This document shows positions 29,633 through 42,838 of a stretch of DNA of 64,000 nt, piece after piece. The stretch spans positions 13,578,001 to 13,642,000 of the forward strand of contig CM022667.1 in assembly GCA_012295275.1 (NCBI GenBank), read 5' to 3'. Within the stretch, counting starts at the first letter, position 1; every line of letters begins with the position of its first letter. The translations under genes were made by a program, and so were the position numbers. The notes under the pieces were generated by a model. The model did no database searches. It was not told where the DNA came from and worked only from the letters and a program-made list of their open reading frames with translations. The stretch is from Chrysomallon squamiferum (taxonomy: Eukaryota > Animalia > Mollusca).

Positions 29633-29833
29633 TTACTATTATTATTATTATTATTATCATCATCGTCGTGATCCTCACTGATATTATTATTATTTACTAC
29701 TAATTCTACTACATCCACCACCAGCCTCATCCCTACCACTGTTACTATTGATACTGCTACTACAACTACCGATACAACCATGACCACGGCTACTGTTACT
29801 ACTACTACTACTACTACTAACTCTACATCCGTT

Positions 29834-29872
<39 letters not shown>

Positions 29873-29885
29873 CATCATCATCATC

Positions 29886-29931
<46 letters not shown>

Positions 29932-30153
29932 TTAGCCACAGACAACTTTTACATCGGTCTAACAGACGAGAAGGTTGAAAACACGTTTGTCTGGGAGAAT
30001 GGTGAAGCGGTAAAGTTGTCGAGCTGGAACGAAAATGAACCAAGTGATGGTGCCAGAACTGAAGACTGCGTCCTGTTAGTACCAACAGATAAAGTGTGGG
30101 GCGATGTGCCCTGTTCTCGATACGAAAAATACATCTGTGAAAAACTTATGTGA
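28820..30153 (+). CDS. PAN-CTL subfamily A copy A3 (exons 2-4 open; first exon unresolved)
   Basis: Exon 2 is 28820-29067, exon 3 is 29315-29500 and exon 4 is 29936-30153 (EPS, WGD). Splice sites are canonical and there are no stops. Confidence 0.85.
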
Positions 30154-30653
30154 CGGTCACCAGAACTGACAAAAATGAAGGAATTTCAAAAAGATATCGA
30201 TGAAAAACAAAAAAATGAAAATAAATAAAAAACATGCAAAAACACAACAAACATATAAAGAACAATAGGAAAGAAATAAACACACACAACATGTAAACGT
30301 GCTCATTCATTTCTTGTCTCAGTTTAACACGTAATGTTGTTATTGATCTCAACGTAAAGAAGTTTTGTTATTTGTGTTTCTATCAAAAGGATATCGATGA
30401 AAAGAAAAAGTAAATGAAAACAAAAAACCCCTAAAACTGTTGATATAAATACTTTTTTTTTTGTATTGTTCAGTATACCACATTTAACTGAAATTGTTCA
30501 GAATTCAGTACTAAGACTGCAAGCAAAATGTACAAAATGAAACGAATGTGACAAATATAAACACAAACTAAACAATAAAAATACAACAAAGAAGAATTGT
30601 GTTTCAATTTATTGATTTAACTGACATGCATTACAATATTTTCACTGGTGCAG

Positions 30654-33589
30654 TTAATACAAATGTGATTCACATATGTAAAACATAGCTGGATAACTAG
30701 GAATACCAGCCCATTTTTTTATATCGACATCAAACACAGTGCAGTGTTCGTTATTATTTTCATCCCAGTTTGTAAAAGTGGCTTTTTCAACATTCTCCCA
30801 GATTATCTCATCTTTCTTAGTTAGGCCAATATAGAACCAACCTGAATTTAACCCTGTAAAATAAATAATAATAACTACAGTAACACACGTGTTAGTAGAA
30901 ATTGTAGCTGTAGTAGTAATAGTAGGACAAGTAGCAGTAAAGGCAATAGTAGAAGTAACAATATCAGTTGTAGTAGCAGAAATATTAGTTGTAGTAGGAG
31001 TAGTAATATTAATAATATAATGGCAGTAGTATAGATAGCAATACCAGTAACAGCAACAGCAGAAATGATAGCAGTAGTCATAGTAATACTAGTAGTGGTA
31101 ACAGTTGCATTAGCAGTAGTGGTTGCAGTAGCAGTAGAAAGTATAGTAGAAACAGCGCAGTAGTAGTAGAATTCGAATTAGTTGTATCAGCATAATTAGT
31201 CGTAGTAATATTAATCGTAATAGTAGTAGTAGATATAGTAATTGTTCTAACAGTTTCAGTAGAGTTAGTAGTAGTAGCAGCTGTGGCATCAGCAGTAATA
31301 GTATTACTGATTTTGCTACTGGGAGTAGTAGTGGGAAAGTAGTAATAGAAGTAGTAGTTTTAATACTACTAGTAGTGGTGTTAGTAGTAGCAGGAGTGGT
31401 ACAAGTAGTAGTGATAATAACAGTAGTATTAGCAGTTGTATCATATGAAGCAGTAGGAGTAACATGAATAATATTACTAGTAGTAGTAGTAGTAGTAATA
31501 CTTTTACAGGTGTTAATAAACAGTAGCTGCATTAGTAGTAGTGTGATAATAGTAATAGTAGTACAAAAGCATCCACACCAGCAGAATTAGTAGTAGTAAG
31601 AGGAGAAGGAAGGAGGACTGAATGAGAAAATAAAGTAACTGAATGAGTAGTAAATAAAGTAATAATAGTAATAATAGTAATAGCAGCATGTGTAGTAGTA
31701 GGAGTAGCAATGGCTGTACTAACAGTAGTAGTAGTAGTGGTAGCACTAATAACAGTTGAAGTAGTAATAGTAGTAGTAATAGCTGTAGTGGCTGTGGTAA
31801 CATTAGTAGTAATTGTAATGCCAGGTGTAGTGTTAGTGGCAGCAGTAGTGGTAGTAGCAGCCTTTGTAATTGTTGTTGTAGTAATAGGACTGGTAGCATT
31901 CGTGAGAGTAGAAGCAAAACTAGTAAGTAATAACAGTATCAATAATAAATACAGCAGCCCTTGTAGCAACATACATAGCAGTATAACACTGGTAGTTACG
32001 GCAGGAATACTAATAGAGATTAATACTAATACTATTAGTAGAGATTGTGGTAGCAGCAGGAGAAGTAGAAATCGTAGAAGTGGTAATCCTACTAGTATTA
32101 TTAGTAGTAACAGTCGTAGTGGTAATAGAACTGGTAGAAATAGAGCAATTAGCTGTTTGCAGTTCTTGTTCTGCTTCTTTCATTTTTATTTAATTCTTTC
32201 TGCTGTTTCTTTGAAATATTTCTTTCTTTATTACTTTACACAAAACAAAGTAAATAAATAAATAAATAAATAAATAAGAGAAATGAAGAAAGCTGACATA
32301 CCTATGTTTGAAAGGTAGCTCGATAGAATTATATTTTTTTGTTCCGTGTCTAACACGATCAATCTTGACTCCAGTTGGTTGCAAGCATGACTGCATCAAC
32401 AAAGTTTTTATCATCTTCAAACAACTTCAAGCACAGTGTGCCCAAAAAGACGAAACCCTTTTCAGTTGGACAGACATCTTTAAAACGAAACAGCCATAGA
32501 ACAGAAACAATAACACACATACAAACTCATACACGTAAACAAAGAAAAAAAAAGAAATAGTAATTAAAATAATATATTCGTGTTTCTATATAAAAATAAA
32601 ATTCCCATTGTTACGATCTAAAGATAAACTTCATCGTGCGACCTTACAAAGACAAAATTAGACTTTTGTCATAAATAGAGTAGAAAGATAAAGTTCTGAG
32701 TTTTGTGATATAAAGGTAAAATTTCATTATTCTACAATACAAGATAAATTCAAACTTTTATCATACGAAAATAAAATTCTAGAATATTACTATAAACAGA
32801 TAGAATTCATTATACTATCATACAAAGATAACATTCAAACTGTTAGTATATAAAGAAAAATTCTGATCGTAACCACGGAAATACACAAATCAGAAATTTA
32901 CGTTAAACTGTTACCACTGGAAGATAAAATTTAGATTATGGAAAGATCCAGATTCGCCTGATACCTGAAGGAATGTAATAGTGTCTCCAGTTTGCTGTAT
33001 CAGACGTACTGACGTAAGTACCAAATGTCACAGAATAATGGCGACATTTTCCGTTGTCGTAGGCAAACGAAAAACATGCTGGATTCTTGGTGCAGGCAGA
33101 GCCACAGTGCATCATGGTCTTGACGTCAGTGGCTTCGTATATTGTAGCGTTAGCTGCAGTGAAATAATCATATTTTTCTTTCTCAATCCAAATCCATCTT
33201 GTTCCAATGCAGCTTCAATGACAGTTAAAATAAAACTATTTTCATTACTTGTATTAAATAGACATTCAGTAAGATATAATTCAACTGATGACATCAATCT
33301 ATGTATCATTGTAACAATATATCTATCCTTCTCTCCATCCATCCATTCATTTGCCATATCTATCTATGTAATCTGCATCTATCTATCTGTCTATCAAGAG
33401 GTGTGGAAACACACACATACACACACAAACACACTCACATACACGTTACTGATGCATGTATCCAGAGAATTATTCTGTTTCAACATAAATAAAAAGTGTA
33501 CGTATATTTATTTATACATACCTGTCTGCCATTTTAGAACACACGAAGACAGCTGACAACAGCAGAAACTGGAGGAAAGTGTTTTGCAT
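30654..33589 (-). pseudogene. PAN-CTL subfamily B copy B3
   Basis: Exon 1 (33589-33522) and exon 2 (33212-32965) are open. Exon 3 (32477-32302) is 176 nt, a 1-nt deletion. Exon 4 (~30853-30654) is degenerate with internal deletions. Confidence 0.88.
30870..32150. repeat. Long degenerate (TAG/TAA/CAG)n trinucleotide array in B3 intron 3
   Basis: About 1.3 kb of gta/gca/ata triplets, which generate the spurious poly-V/L/T ORFs. Confidence 0.9.
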
Positions 33590-35282
33590 TTTGTCTAAAT
33601 AATGTTTAGTGAAGAAAATGCTGAAGTGAATAAATCGTAATAAAATTCGGTATTTGAGGTTATGTTAAGTAGAACTGTCACCAAGCTGTAACAAGTTGAA
33701 ATGTTTCTATAGTGTATTTAATTTTTAATGTTTTACGGGCTGTTTAACATTCTTACTTCTTCTTTATCATCAAGCGCAACTTATATATATATATAATTTA
33801 TATCTTCATTAACCATATTTACTGTAAAAATAGTAGTTTGTTATGACTGTTTGATAGCTATAGTATTTGTAGTAGTAGTACTGGTTATGATGGTCGTAGT
33901 AGTAGTTGATTTTTTTGGCGTTGCTGTAGTAGACGTTGTACAGCACTAGCAGTAATAAAATAATAAAGATGATGATGATGATTATAATAATAATAATAAT
34001 AATAACAGTAGTAGTAGTAGTCGTAGTATTCATCAACGTATTTGTTCTAGTAGTTTTATAGTACTAGCAATAGTTGTACCAATAATAAAAGTAGTAGCAG
34101 TAGTAGTGTGTTTTTATTATTGTTGTTCTTGGTGATCCCATCTAAAATTAAGCTACTGTCAATTTTAGATAAATGAAAAAGCTGTAGAGACTGGTAGAAG
34201 ATATTTTTTTTGTAAGTTACTGCTTAAGGCGGTTAATGTTTAACATAGAAGTGTGTCAGAAAAGTAGAGTGATTTCTTGAGTCCATTAATTGAACAATAA
34301 TTTATCTTCATTAACCAAATTCACTGTAAAGGTAGTAATTCTGGTTATGATTGGTAGCGGTAGCATTTGTAGTATTGGTTATGATGGCTGTAGTAGTAGT
34401 TGATTTTGCTGGTATTGCTGTAGTAGACGTTATTGTAACAGCAATAATTATAAAACAACAAGAATAATACTAGTAGTAGCAGTCGTAGTAATGGTAATTG
34501 CAGTAGAAATTGTTGTTGTAGCAGTTCAGTGGTTGTAATTGTAGTAGTAATAGTATTAGTAGTTGTTGCTTTAGTAGTAGTAGTGGTTTTAGTAGTAGTA
34601 ATATTAATAGTGTTAGTTGTTGTAAGAGTATCGTTATTTTTGTAGTAGTGTTAGTAGTAGGTGTTCTAATAATATAGTAGTAGGAGCAGTTGATCAAAAT
34701 TGACTGTAGAGTCAAGTGTATACCAAAACTGGTTCTCATTTTTTCATTGATTCGTATGGCTGTTAAAGTAGATGCAGTTGTGAGTTTTCTTATAGCAATT
34801 ATTTTACATTAACTTTTGTTATTCGCTGTCGTTGTCGTGATTATAATAGTAATTATGGGTAACGTGATAGCTAAACTGATTGTTTAAATTTAATTCAAAG
34901 TATTTATTTATTATTATTTTTATTTTTTTATTTTTATTTTTTATTTTTATAGATATCTTTTTTTAAATTCCTTAATTAAAATTACTATAGCCATTATTAC
35001 TTTTCTTGCTGCTGTTCTTCTTCTTCTTCTTAATATTACTATTGTTGTTGTTTCTGTCATTTTGATTGTTTAAAAATATTTCAGTGATCAGAATCAGTAA
35101 ATGTATCATAAAAAATAAAATAAAATAAAATAAAAATCAAGAAATGACTCGATAGCTATTGGTGATAATGAAAATTGATTCTTCATTTTCAAATCGCACA
35201 GATGTATAGATAAAACAAACAAACAAACAAATATATAAATAAATAAAATAATTTATTTAATTTTCTTTATTCAGCAAATATC

Positions 35283-35445
35283 AAGTCAGTTTCTCAATAG
35301 TTTTTCACGCCACATTTTGCTTGTTGGAATTAATATCGCGCAATCTTCCAGGTAGTTATCGGATTCATTGTTGTTTGATTTTTCAAAAAGGACGTTTTCT
35401 CCATTCTCCAAAACAAATTTTGTTTCCACCTTTCCAAAGGTCAAA
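35283..35445 (-). pseudogene. Degenerate orphan CTL exon-4 remnant (F3)
   Basis: Duplicate of 300-460. Confidence 0.75.
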
Positions 35446-36141
35446 CAAGTAACAGCTATGGTATAGTAGTAGTAGTAGTAGTAGTAGTAGTAGGCAAAGG
35501 AAACATTTATGACCTCGTGTTACATATTCCGTTGTAGCTAAGGTTTAATAGAACACAGAAAATTTGAAGGAAAAATCAATAGATGCAGAAAAAGAACTGA
35601 TGTGTGACATGCTGAAATAATAACGTTTTGAGAATGAATCATCCAAAGTGACTAAATATTATTTAATATTCACGGACGACAAGGTTTGTTCCTCTGGGAA
35701 AAATGAAACTTATTTAATGTTTTGTGAGCTTGACCCAATCAATATTGTAATACCTAGGAAGAAGAAGAACAAAACATTACATTTCCATACTGTTAATCGT
35801 AAAACGAACTTTATTGGAGAAAACAAATAGAGCAGTAACAAAGACAACAACAATGACAATAATATTAGATATACAACAAATTTAAAGAAGTATAAATAAT
35901 ATATTTGCACTCAGATATCATAACTACTTCAACACGTACAATAAATATGCCAGGATTTCTGTACAGCTGAAATAAAATAAAAAATGTACAGATATCAATA
36001 ACCAGTTTAACAATATTAACGCAAAACAATATACAGTACATTACAAACAGTAGTTCTTTAAATCAATATCTGTCTCTGTTCATTTACTAATAAAATATTT
36101 AACACGAAAACTGATATTCTCATATTCTGATATAATAATTA

Positions 36142-36221
<80 letters not shown>

Positions 36222-37587
36222 GCATCTACCGTACACACTCACTTATAATTCGATCTAATTTTATATCGATCGGCCTTGATTTTAAACACTGAAATGTAAA
36301 CAACAGACAGACTCGTTCGATGGAGGTTGATATGAATTTTAGAATATTTTTTTTATTCTGATTCATAAATTTTGAGAGATCTTAGATTTGTTTATCTTCT
36401 TTGCTTTGTTTGTTTTTTTCTTAAGTAAGAAGTGTTATTTGTTTACAGTACAAGAATCTTACAACATTTCACAGAAGTAAAAATTGCCTAATTAGTTAAA
36501 TGCAAATAACAAAAATGTTTAACAATAACAACAGCAACAACAATACTAAATGGTGGTATATTCAATAATAATAACAATGATTATGATAATGATATTAATA
36601 ATTATTAATAATAACAACAATAACAACAAAATAATTTCGAATTAATAAAGACACAAATTTATAGAAAAAAAATGGATATACAGAAATGTCATGTGCAATT
36701 GATTTTGATTAGTTAAAACTGTAGATTACTACTGGAAACGACTTTTTGCTACACATTTCTGTGTGTGACACTTGCTGTTAATTTAGTCACTTACAAGCAA
36801 AAAACCATCACAGAACTGATTAGTACTTGAGTCTGACGAGAATTCGCAAAAATACGTGAAAACATCCGACGCAATCATTTTGTGCACAGCGTAGCCAGGT
36901 TTTAATACAGGACTCTCTTCCATCATTCAAAAAGATTTTATGTTAACAGTCTATATGTATATATGTATATATAGATATGTCTTTACAATTGATCTAAACA
37001 AAAATTCAGCACGGATTAAAATATTATTAGGCCAAGTGGGAACATCACAATAGGCTTTTAGACTAAATGGGTAATTGAGAAAGTTCCTTTCAAACTTTGT
37101 AGGTAATTATAAGAACATTATAAGCAACGTGTGTAAACTGCCAGTCTCAAGAAGATGGAACACAGTGTACAGGCAGTAAATGAATATATGAATGTTTTAC
37201 TACATCTGGAGAAGCTATCTCAAACTGTAAGTAATATAATGGTATAGATTTTACAGTTTCTTAATATACTAAACTATAACTCCGGGTGTTGTTACATCCT
37301 TTACTCTGTGGTAACTGTACTCTAGTTGGTGCATTTCTCTGAAATATTCTGTCTGTTACACGATAGAAACACAAATAACAAAACTTCTTTACGTTGAGAT
37401 GAATAACAACATTACGTGTTAAACTGAGACAAGAAATCAATGAGCACGTTTACGTGTTGTGTGTGTTTATTTCTTTCCTGTTGTTCTTTAATTGGTTGTT
37501 GTGTTTTGCCATGTTTTGTTTTTTGGTTTTTTTTTTTCATCAATGTCTTTTTGAAATTCGTTAAATTTGTATCTGTTCTGGTGACGA

Positions 37588-37809
37588 TCACACAAGTTTT
37601 TCACAAATGTATTTTTCGCGTCGAGAACATTGCACGTCGCCCCACACTTTATCTGTTGGTACTAACAGGACGCAGTCTTCAGTTCTGTAACCATCACTTG
37701 GTTCATTTTCGTTCCAGCTCGTGAACTTTGCCGCTTCACCATTCTCCCAGACAAACGTGTTTTCAACCTTCTCGTCTGTTAGACCGATGTAAAAGCTGTC
37801 TGTGGCTAA

Positions 37810-37875
<66 letters not shown>

Positions 37876-38091
37876 AATAAATAAAATTAAAACCGGTATA
37901 GTAATAGTAGTAGTTGTAGTAGTAAAATATATAGTAGTGGTAATAGTAGCAGTGGTCATGGTTGTATCGGTAGTTGTAGTAGCAGTATCAATAGTAACAG
38001 TGGTAGGGATGAGGCTTGTGGTGGATGTAGCAGTATTAGTAGTTTTCTTCTAGTAAATAATAATAATATTAGTGAGGATCACGATGATTAT

Positions 38092-38144
<53 letters not shown>

Positions 38145-38541
38145 TAATAATAATAATAATAATAACGATTATGATAGTGATGAAAACTGCAACGGATATT
38201 GACGACGATAATAATAATAGTGATGATGATAATGATGAAGGAAACGAATTTACATATGTGTGCAACGATGTAGTCACCAACAGCCGTATTTTTCTCTTCT
38301 GAGTCCAGTACAATCAGTCTTGAACCTATCTGACTGCAGACGTCACGTGCTTGAGAAAATGTTTTCTTATCCACAAAAGCCTTCATACACAGATGCACTT
38401 CGTCCAAGAACACAAACCCGTCTTCTACTGGACATGAACCTGTGAGAATAAAACAGTTAATTTCTTTCTTTCACATGTCTTATAGAAAATTTGAAAATGA
38501 TTTCTTCATTACAAATAACCTGCTTCTAAACAACTAACTGG

Positions 38542-38603
<62 letters not shown>

Positions 38604-38857
38604 CATCATCATCATGATCATCATCATTATTATTTTGAATATAGAAAATTACATTTGATAAAGATGTAGCCAACCTATTTATTATTCGTAGTAATAGTAG
38701 TAGTTGTTATGGTAGCAGTAGTTGTATTTGAGTAGTAGTAGAAGTAGCTGTAGTTGCAGGAATAGTAGAACTGTTTCAAAAAGTTTTGATGGAATATAGA
38801 AAACGAATTATCGAAAAATTCTATTGATAATGATTTCACATTATAAAATTAATTTGC

Positions 38858-38893
<36 letters not shown>

Positions 38894-39221
38894 ACAAGGA
38901 AAATTAAACTAATCTAAAATCAAGTAAACCAAAGTAAGTAAGTAAATAAATAATTAAATAAAACCTACGTTACCTGCATTCAGGTAGAAGTAGTTCCAGC
39001 CAGGTGATTTGGAGTAACTGTTGTAATTTGAAAATCTCAAGGAATGGAGTCGACAAACACCACGCACATTGTATGAAAACGATCTACAGACAGGGTTATC
39101 TGCACATCGTATCCCACAAAACTCTGCGCTTGTAAATCCAGCTAGAGTAGTTATGAGCCCATCGTTTACATCGACATCGTTAAAATTTACATTTCTAATC
39201 CAGACAGATGGAGGGCTGCAC
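37588..39221 (-). CDS. PAN-CTL subfamily A copy A4 (exons 2-4 open; nearly identical to A1)
   Basis: Exon 2 is 39221-38974, exon 3 is 38439-38254 and exon 4 is 37805-37588 (EPS, WGD). Confidence 0.85.
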
Positions 39222-39300
39222 CTACAGTAATAAAACATCTAGTGAAATATACACACATACATACATACAGAAGTACGTACATACATCCATTCATCCACCC

Positions 39301-39353
<53 letters not shown>

Positions 39354-41966
39354 AAAATGAAAACAACAGAAAGAAATTTAAAAAAAAAGAAGTAGAAATC
39401 TCACGCCTTCCTATATAAACAAGCCAATATAAACTGCAACAGTGAGCTTAATAATACAAAATTGGTAGATCTGACAAACGTGAGACGGCCTGTATTATTT
39501 TACAGGACAAGTCCATTTTGACAATTGTTTTTATACTGTTGTATGTGACTTTTTAAACCAGAGATAGCACTGATAGATTTCCCAATTTTTATATTTACTG
39601 TAGCGTCAAAAGAATAAAACATGGGAAAATTCCAAGAAAATCTCTCTCAGGACGTTTATACATACCTTTCTGCAGTTTCACAACACAAGAGGACAGCCCA
39701 TACCCAGATTCCTTTGATAAGAAAAGTTTTCATTTTAGCTGCTAACTTTTCTATTTTACAACTGTACGTTCACCTTAATATAAACAAATGAAACTCCATT
39801 AAACTTAGGCTGATATGGAGTATCAAATACGAGTTCCTAATAACCAAAGCTAGAAAAACCAAAATTTGTATAAACTAAATGTAACAAAAACGTGGTATTA
39901 AACTGAAAGAATGGGATTTCCTTCACACTCCAGTAAATTAAATTTAATTTTTGATGACTAAATTCATAGCCATTTTATTCTCACTAATACTCAATAAACC
40001 ACGAAAGAAAAATGACATCGACCAAAACAACATCAACATCAGGGAGAATTCTAGCAACAACTGCAATGGGAAAAGTTTCATTGTGACAATACAAATGATT
40101 ATGACTAGCATTTTTTATTAATGCTATACTGACTCAAAACATCTTTATATGGTACTGTAATAACTATACATATTTTATCAAACAACAGAACAAGTCATTC
40201 GTGCTTAAAGGTCATAGATGCAATTCAACATTTAATCATTCAGAGAGAGGTATAAATGTATACAAAATTAATGAATCAATGTAAACCGATAGTTGGCTTC
40301 ACAGCAGTCAGTTGCGTCAAATGTGATTCTGTTATTTTATTTTATTTCACGCTTTGTTCGCTTTTGAGGAGTTTTATTTTTAATTATTATTCTTCTGTTT
40401 TATTTTTCTCTCTTTCTGTCTGTTTGTGTTTTTTTTTTCGTTACTATTCTTTTAATTATTATTCTTCTGAACTCATTAATATTCAAAGTTCACAGCTGGA
40501 ATTTAATTTTTAACCATTCAGAGACGGATGTAAATGTGTACAAAATCAATAAATCAATGTGTTCCAATATTAGATTTCTAAACCAAATACTTGAACGGAT
40601 GCATTTAAAACAACAACAACAACATCAACAACAGCAGCAACAACAACAAGAACAACAATAATAATAATTTATCTAAATTCAGATGAGACGCCTTCTCAGT
40701 CTTTTGCTATAACCTGCTCTGTACAACAAATACTGAAAAAAAGAAGTTATATAAAATATTAAAAGTCATTTTAAACTTCCCAAATGAGGTGAAACATTTT
40801 TTTTTTCTTTTTTATACATTCATGTTTACTTGATAGTCAGAGTTTCAGAATAGCACATGCATTTTATTTTTAATTCTTTAAGAACAGAGGTTTTTGACAT
40901 AGTTTTAACAAGAACGGAATTATACTGCCAACTAATATATCAGAAATTTCCGAAGTGTTTTGTTGATATTTTCTAACGTAAAAATATACTGATAAAATAA
41001 CACAGTATGTATAGATATCTGTATCTATGTATTTACGAATGAATAGTGAGCGGAAGACGATACACATCGCCATCAAGATAACCATAAAAAAGTGTTGCTC
41101 AGTAACCGTAATAGTCGCTTCCTACAAAGCACGCCATTCTTTGTATTTCGTCAGTATTACAAGCATTAATTTTAGGTTCAGTAAAATTTTGTTTGATACT
41201 GCCGTTTCCGATATTTTATTTTGTTGCTGTTAATAATGTTTATATTATTAGTGTTTTGACGAAAGTCCATTGTTCAAAATTTGCAAAGAACCATAACTAT
41301 AATCAGCTTCTTCCTGTATTATGTTGAACATTGCTTGCAATTTTTGTTTACAGCTGTTCCTGTTCTTAATTTTTATTTCCTGAAATACTGTTGGCGAAAT
41401 GATGGTTATGATGATCACGAAATGAATAATTTACTGTGAGACAACTATTTTAATTTAATGAACCTCGTCATAACCATCATGATAACCGTTATTGTAATCA
41501 TCACCACTATTATCGTAGTCGTTATCATTTGCAAACTGATTCGGTGTACTGATTTTGTTAGTTGTATTTACAACACTAACAGATTTGTTTGTTGTAATAC
41601 AGAACAGTATACAACAACACACTGGACTCTGACAATGCAGCAAAGTCACATTGGTTTCTGACAATACTCAGTTTGAATGAATAGAGGACGTATGATGATA
41701 CCACTCGGCCACTAAGACAAAGTTAAAAAATCAAATAAAAAGTTGCTCAATAACCGACGGTAACCGTGGATTCCTACGAAGAACGCCGGGGTTTGCCTTT
41801 TGTTATTTTTCGCGAGCATTACATTACAAGTCAGTACATTTCATATGTTGCATTTGGTTAAAAATATATTATTCGCTGTTACCTTATAATTTACTTTATA
41901 TAATTCAGGAAAATCCTTGCATGAAAAATCTATAAACTTAATTATATAGAAATTATCTGGAGGTAT

Positions 41967-42010
<44 letters not shown>

Positions 42011-42838
42011 CAATCGTAAGTAACTGTAACTACAATCAGATCCGCGCTTTTTATTGTTGACGCCATTTTTTTAACTCCATGGCGTTGTTGTAAAAGCGCT
42101 GGCATTTGGTAATTATGAACGTTCTTCACAACATCTTGCTCTGATTAGCACGTTAATTTTTTTCAATTTCAGTTTCAGTAATTAAGCAGCTGAGTCAGGC
42201 AGGGAAACAAATGTTTTGAATGACATTGTCTTTACGGACGAGTATGGTAAGCTATTGTCCATTCTTATTTTGATAGGGTAATGTGCAAATTAACCTCTTT
42301 AGGAACATTTAATATAAGTAAAACTTTAATTATTTAATCTGTCCTCCGTGCATTTTTTTATTTTGTCTTGGTTCCCCGTCTGACCTTACTCGTATCACTT
42401 ATGTTTGTATTATTATCAAGTCATCTCTATATTGTAATTAAATATTTAACTCGTATTGTGTTTATTTATCTAGTGGACCGCTAAATATTGATTATATAGA
42501 TTGTTGTCAATTTAGCGTTTACATTCCTTGATAGGTTGCCATTAAAGCACCTTGTTACCCTAGACTGAGCATTAATAAAATATCCAAGATGTTTAATGAT
42601 GTGGGCCTCGTGACAATATATATATAAAAAAACTAACGATTGTTGATTAAAACAAAATAGATGTCAAACATGTTAAGCCTTCAGTTGTGCATTAAAAATT
42701 AAATACACCGTAGCAACGTTTCATGTTAAAGCTGCAAATCGATGTTTGGGGATTTTGACTTAAGATAAGCTCAAACATTGATATTTATTACGACCTGTTC
42801 ACTTCGTCGTTTTCTTCACTAAAATTTATTCATACAAA

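Noticed and set aside
30875-32261. Long ORFs rich in V/L/T (mucin-like or membrane proteins)
   Set aside because: These are translations of a degenerate trinucleotide array inside an intron and are open in several frames. The same applies to the poly-I/Y/N/C ORFs elsewhere.
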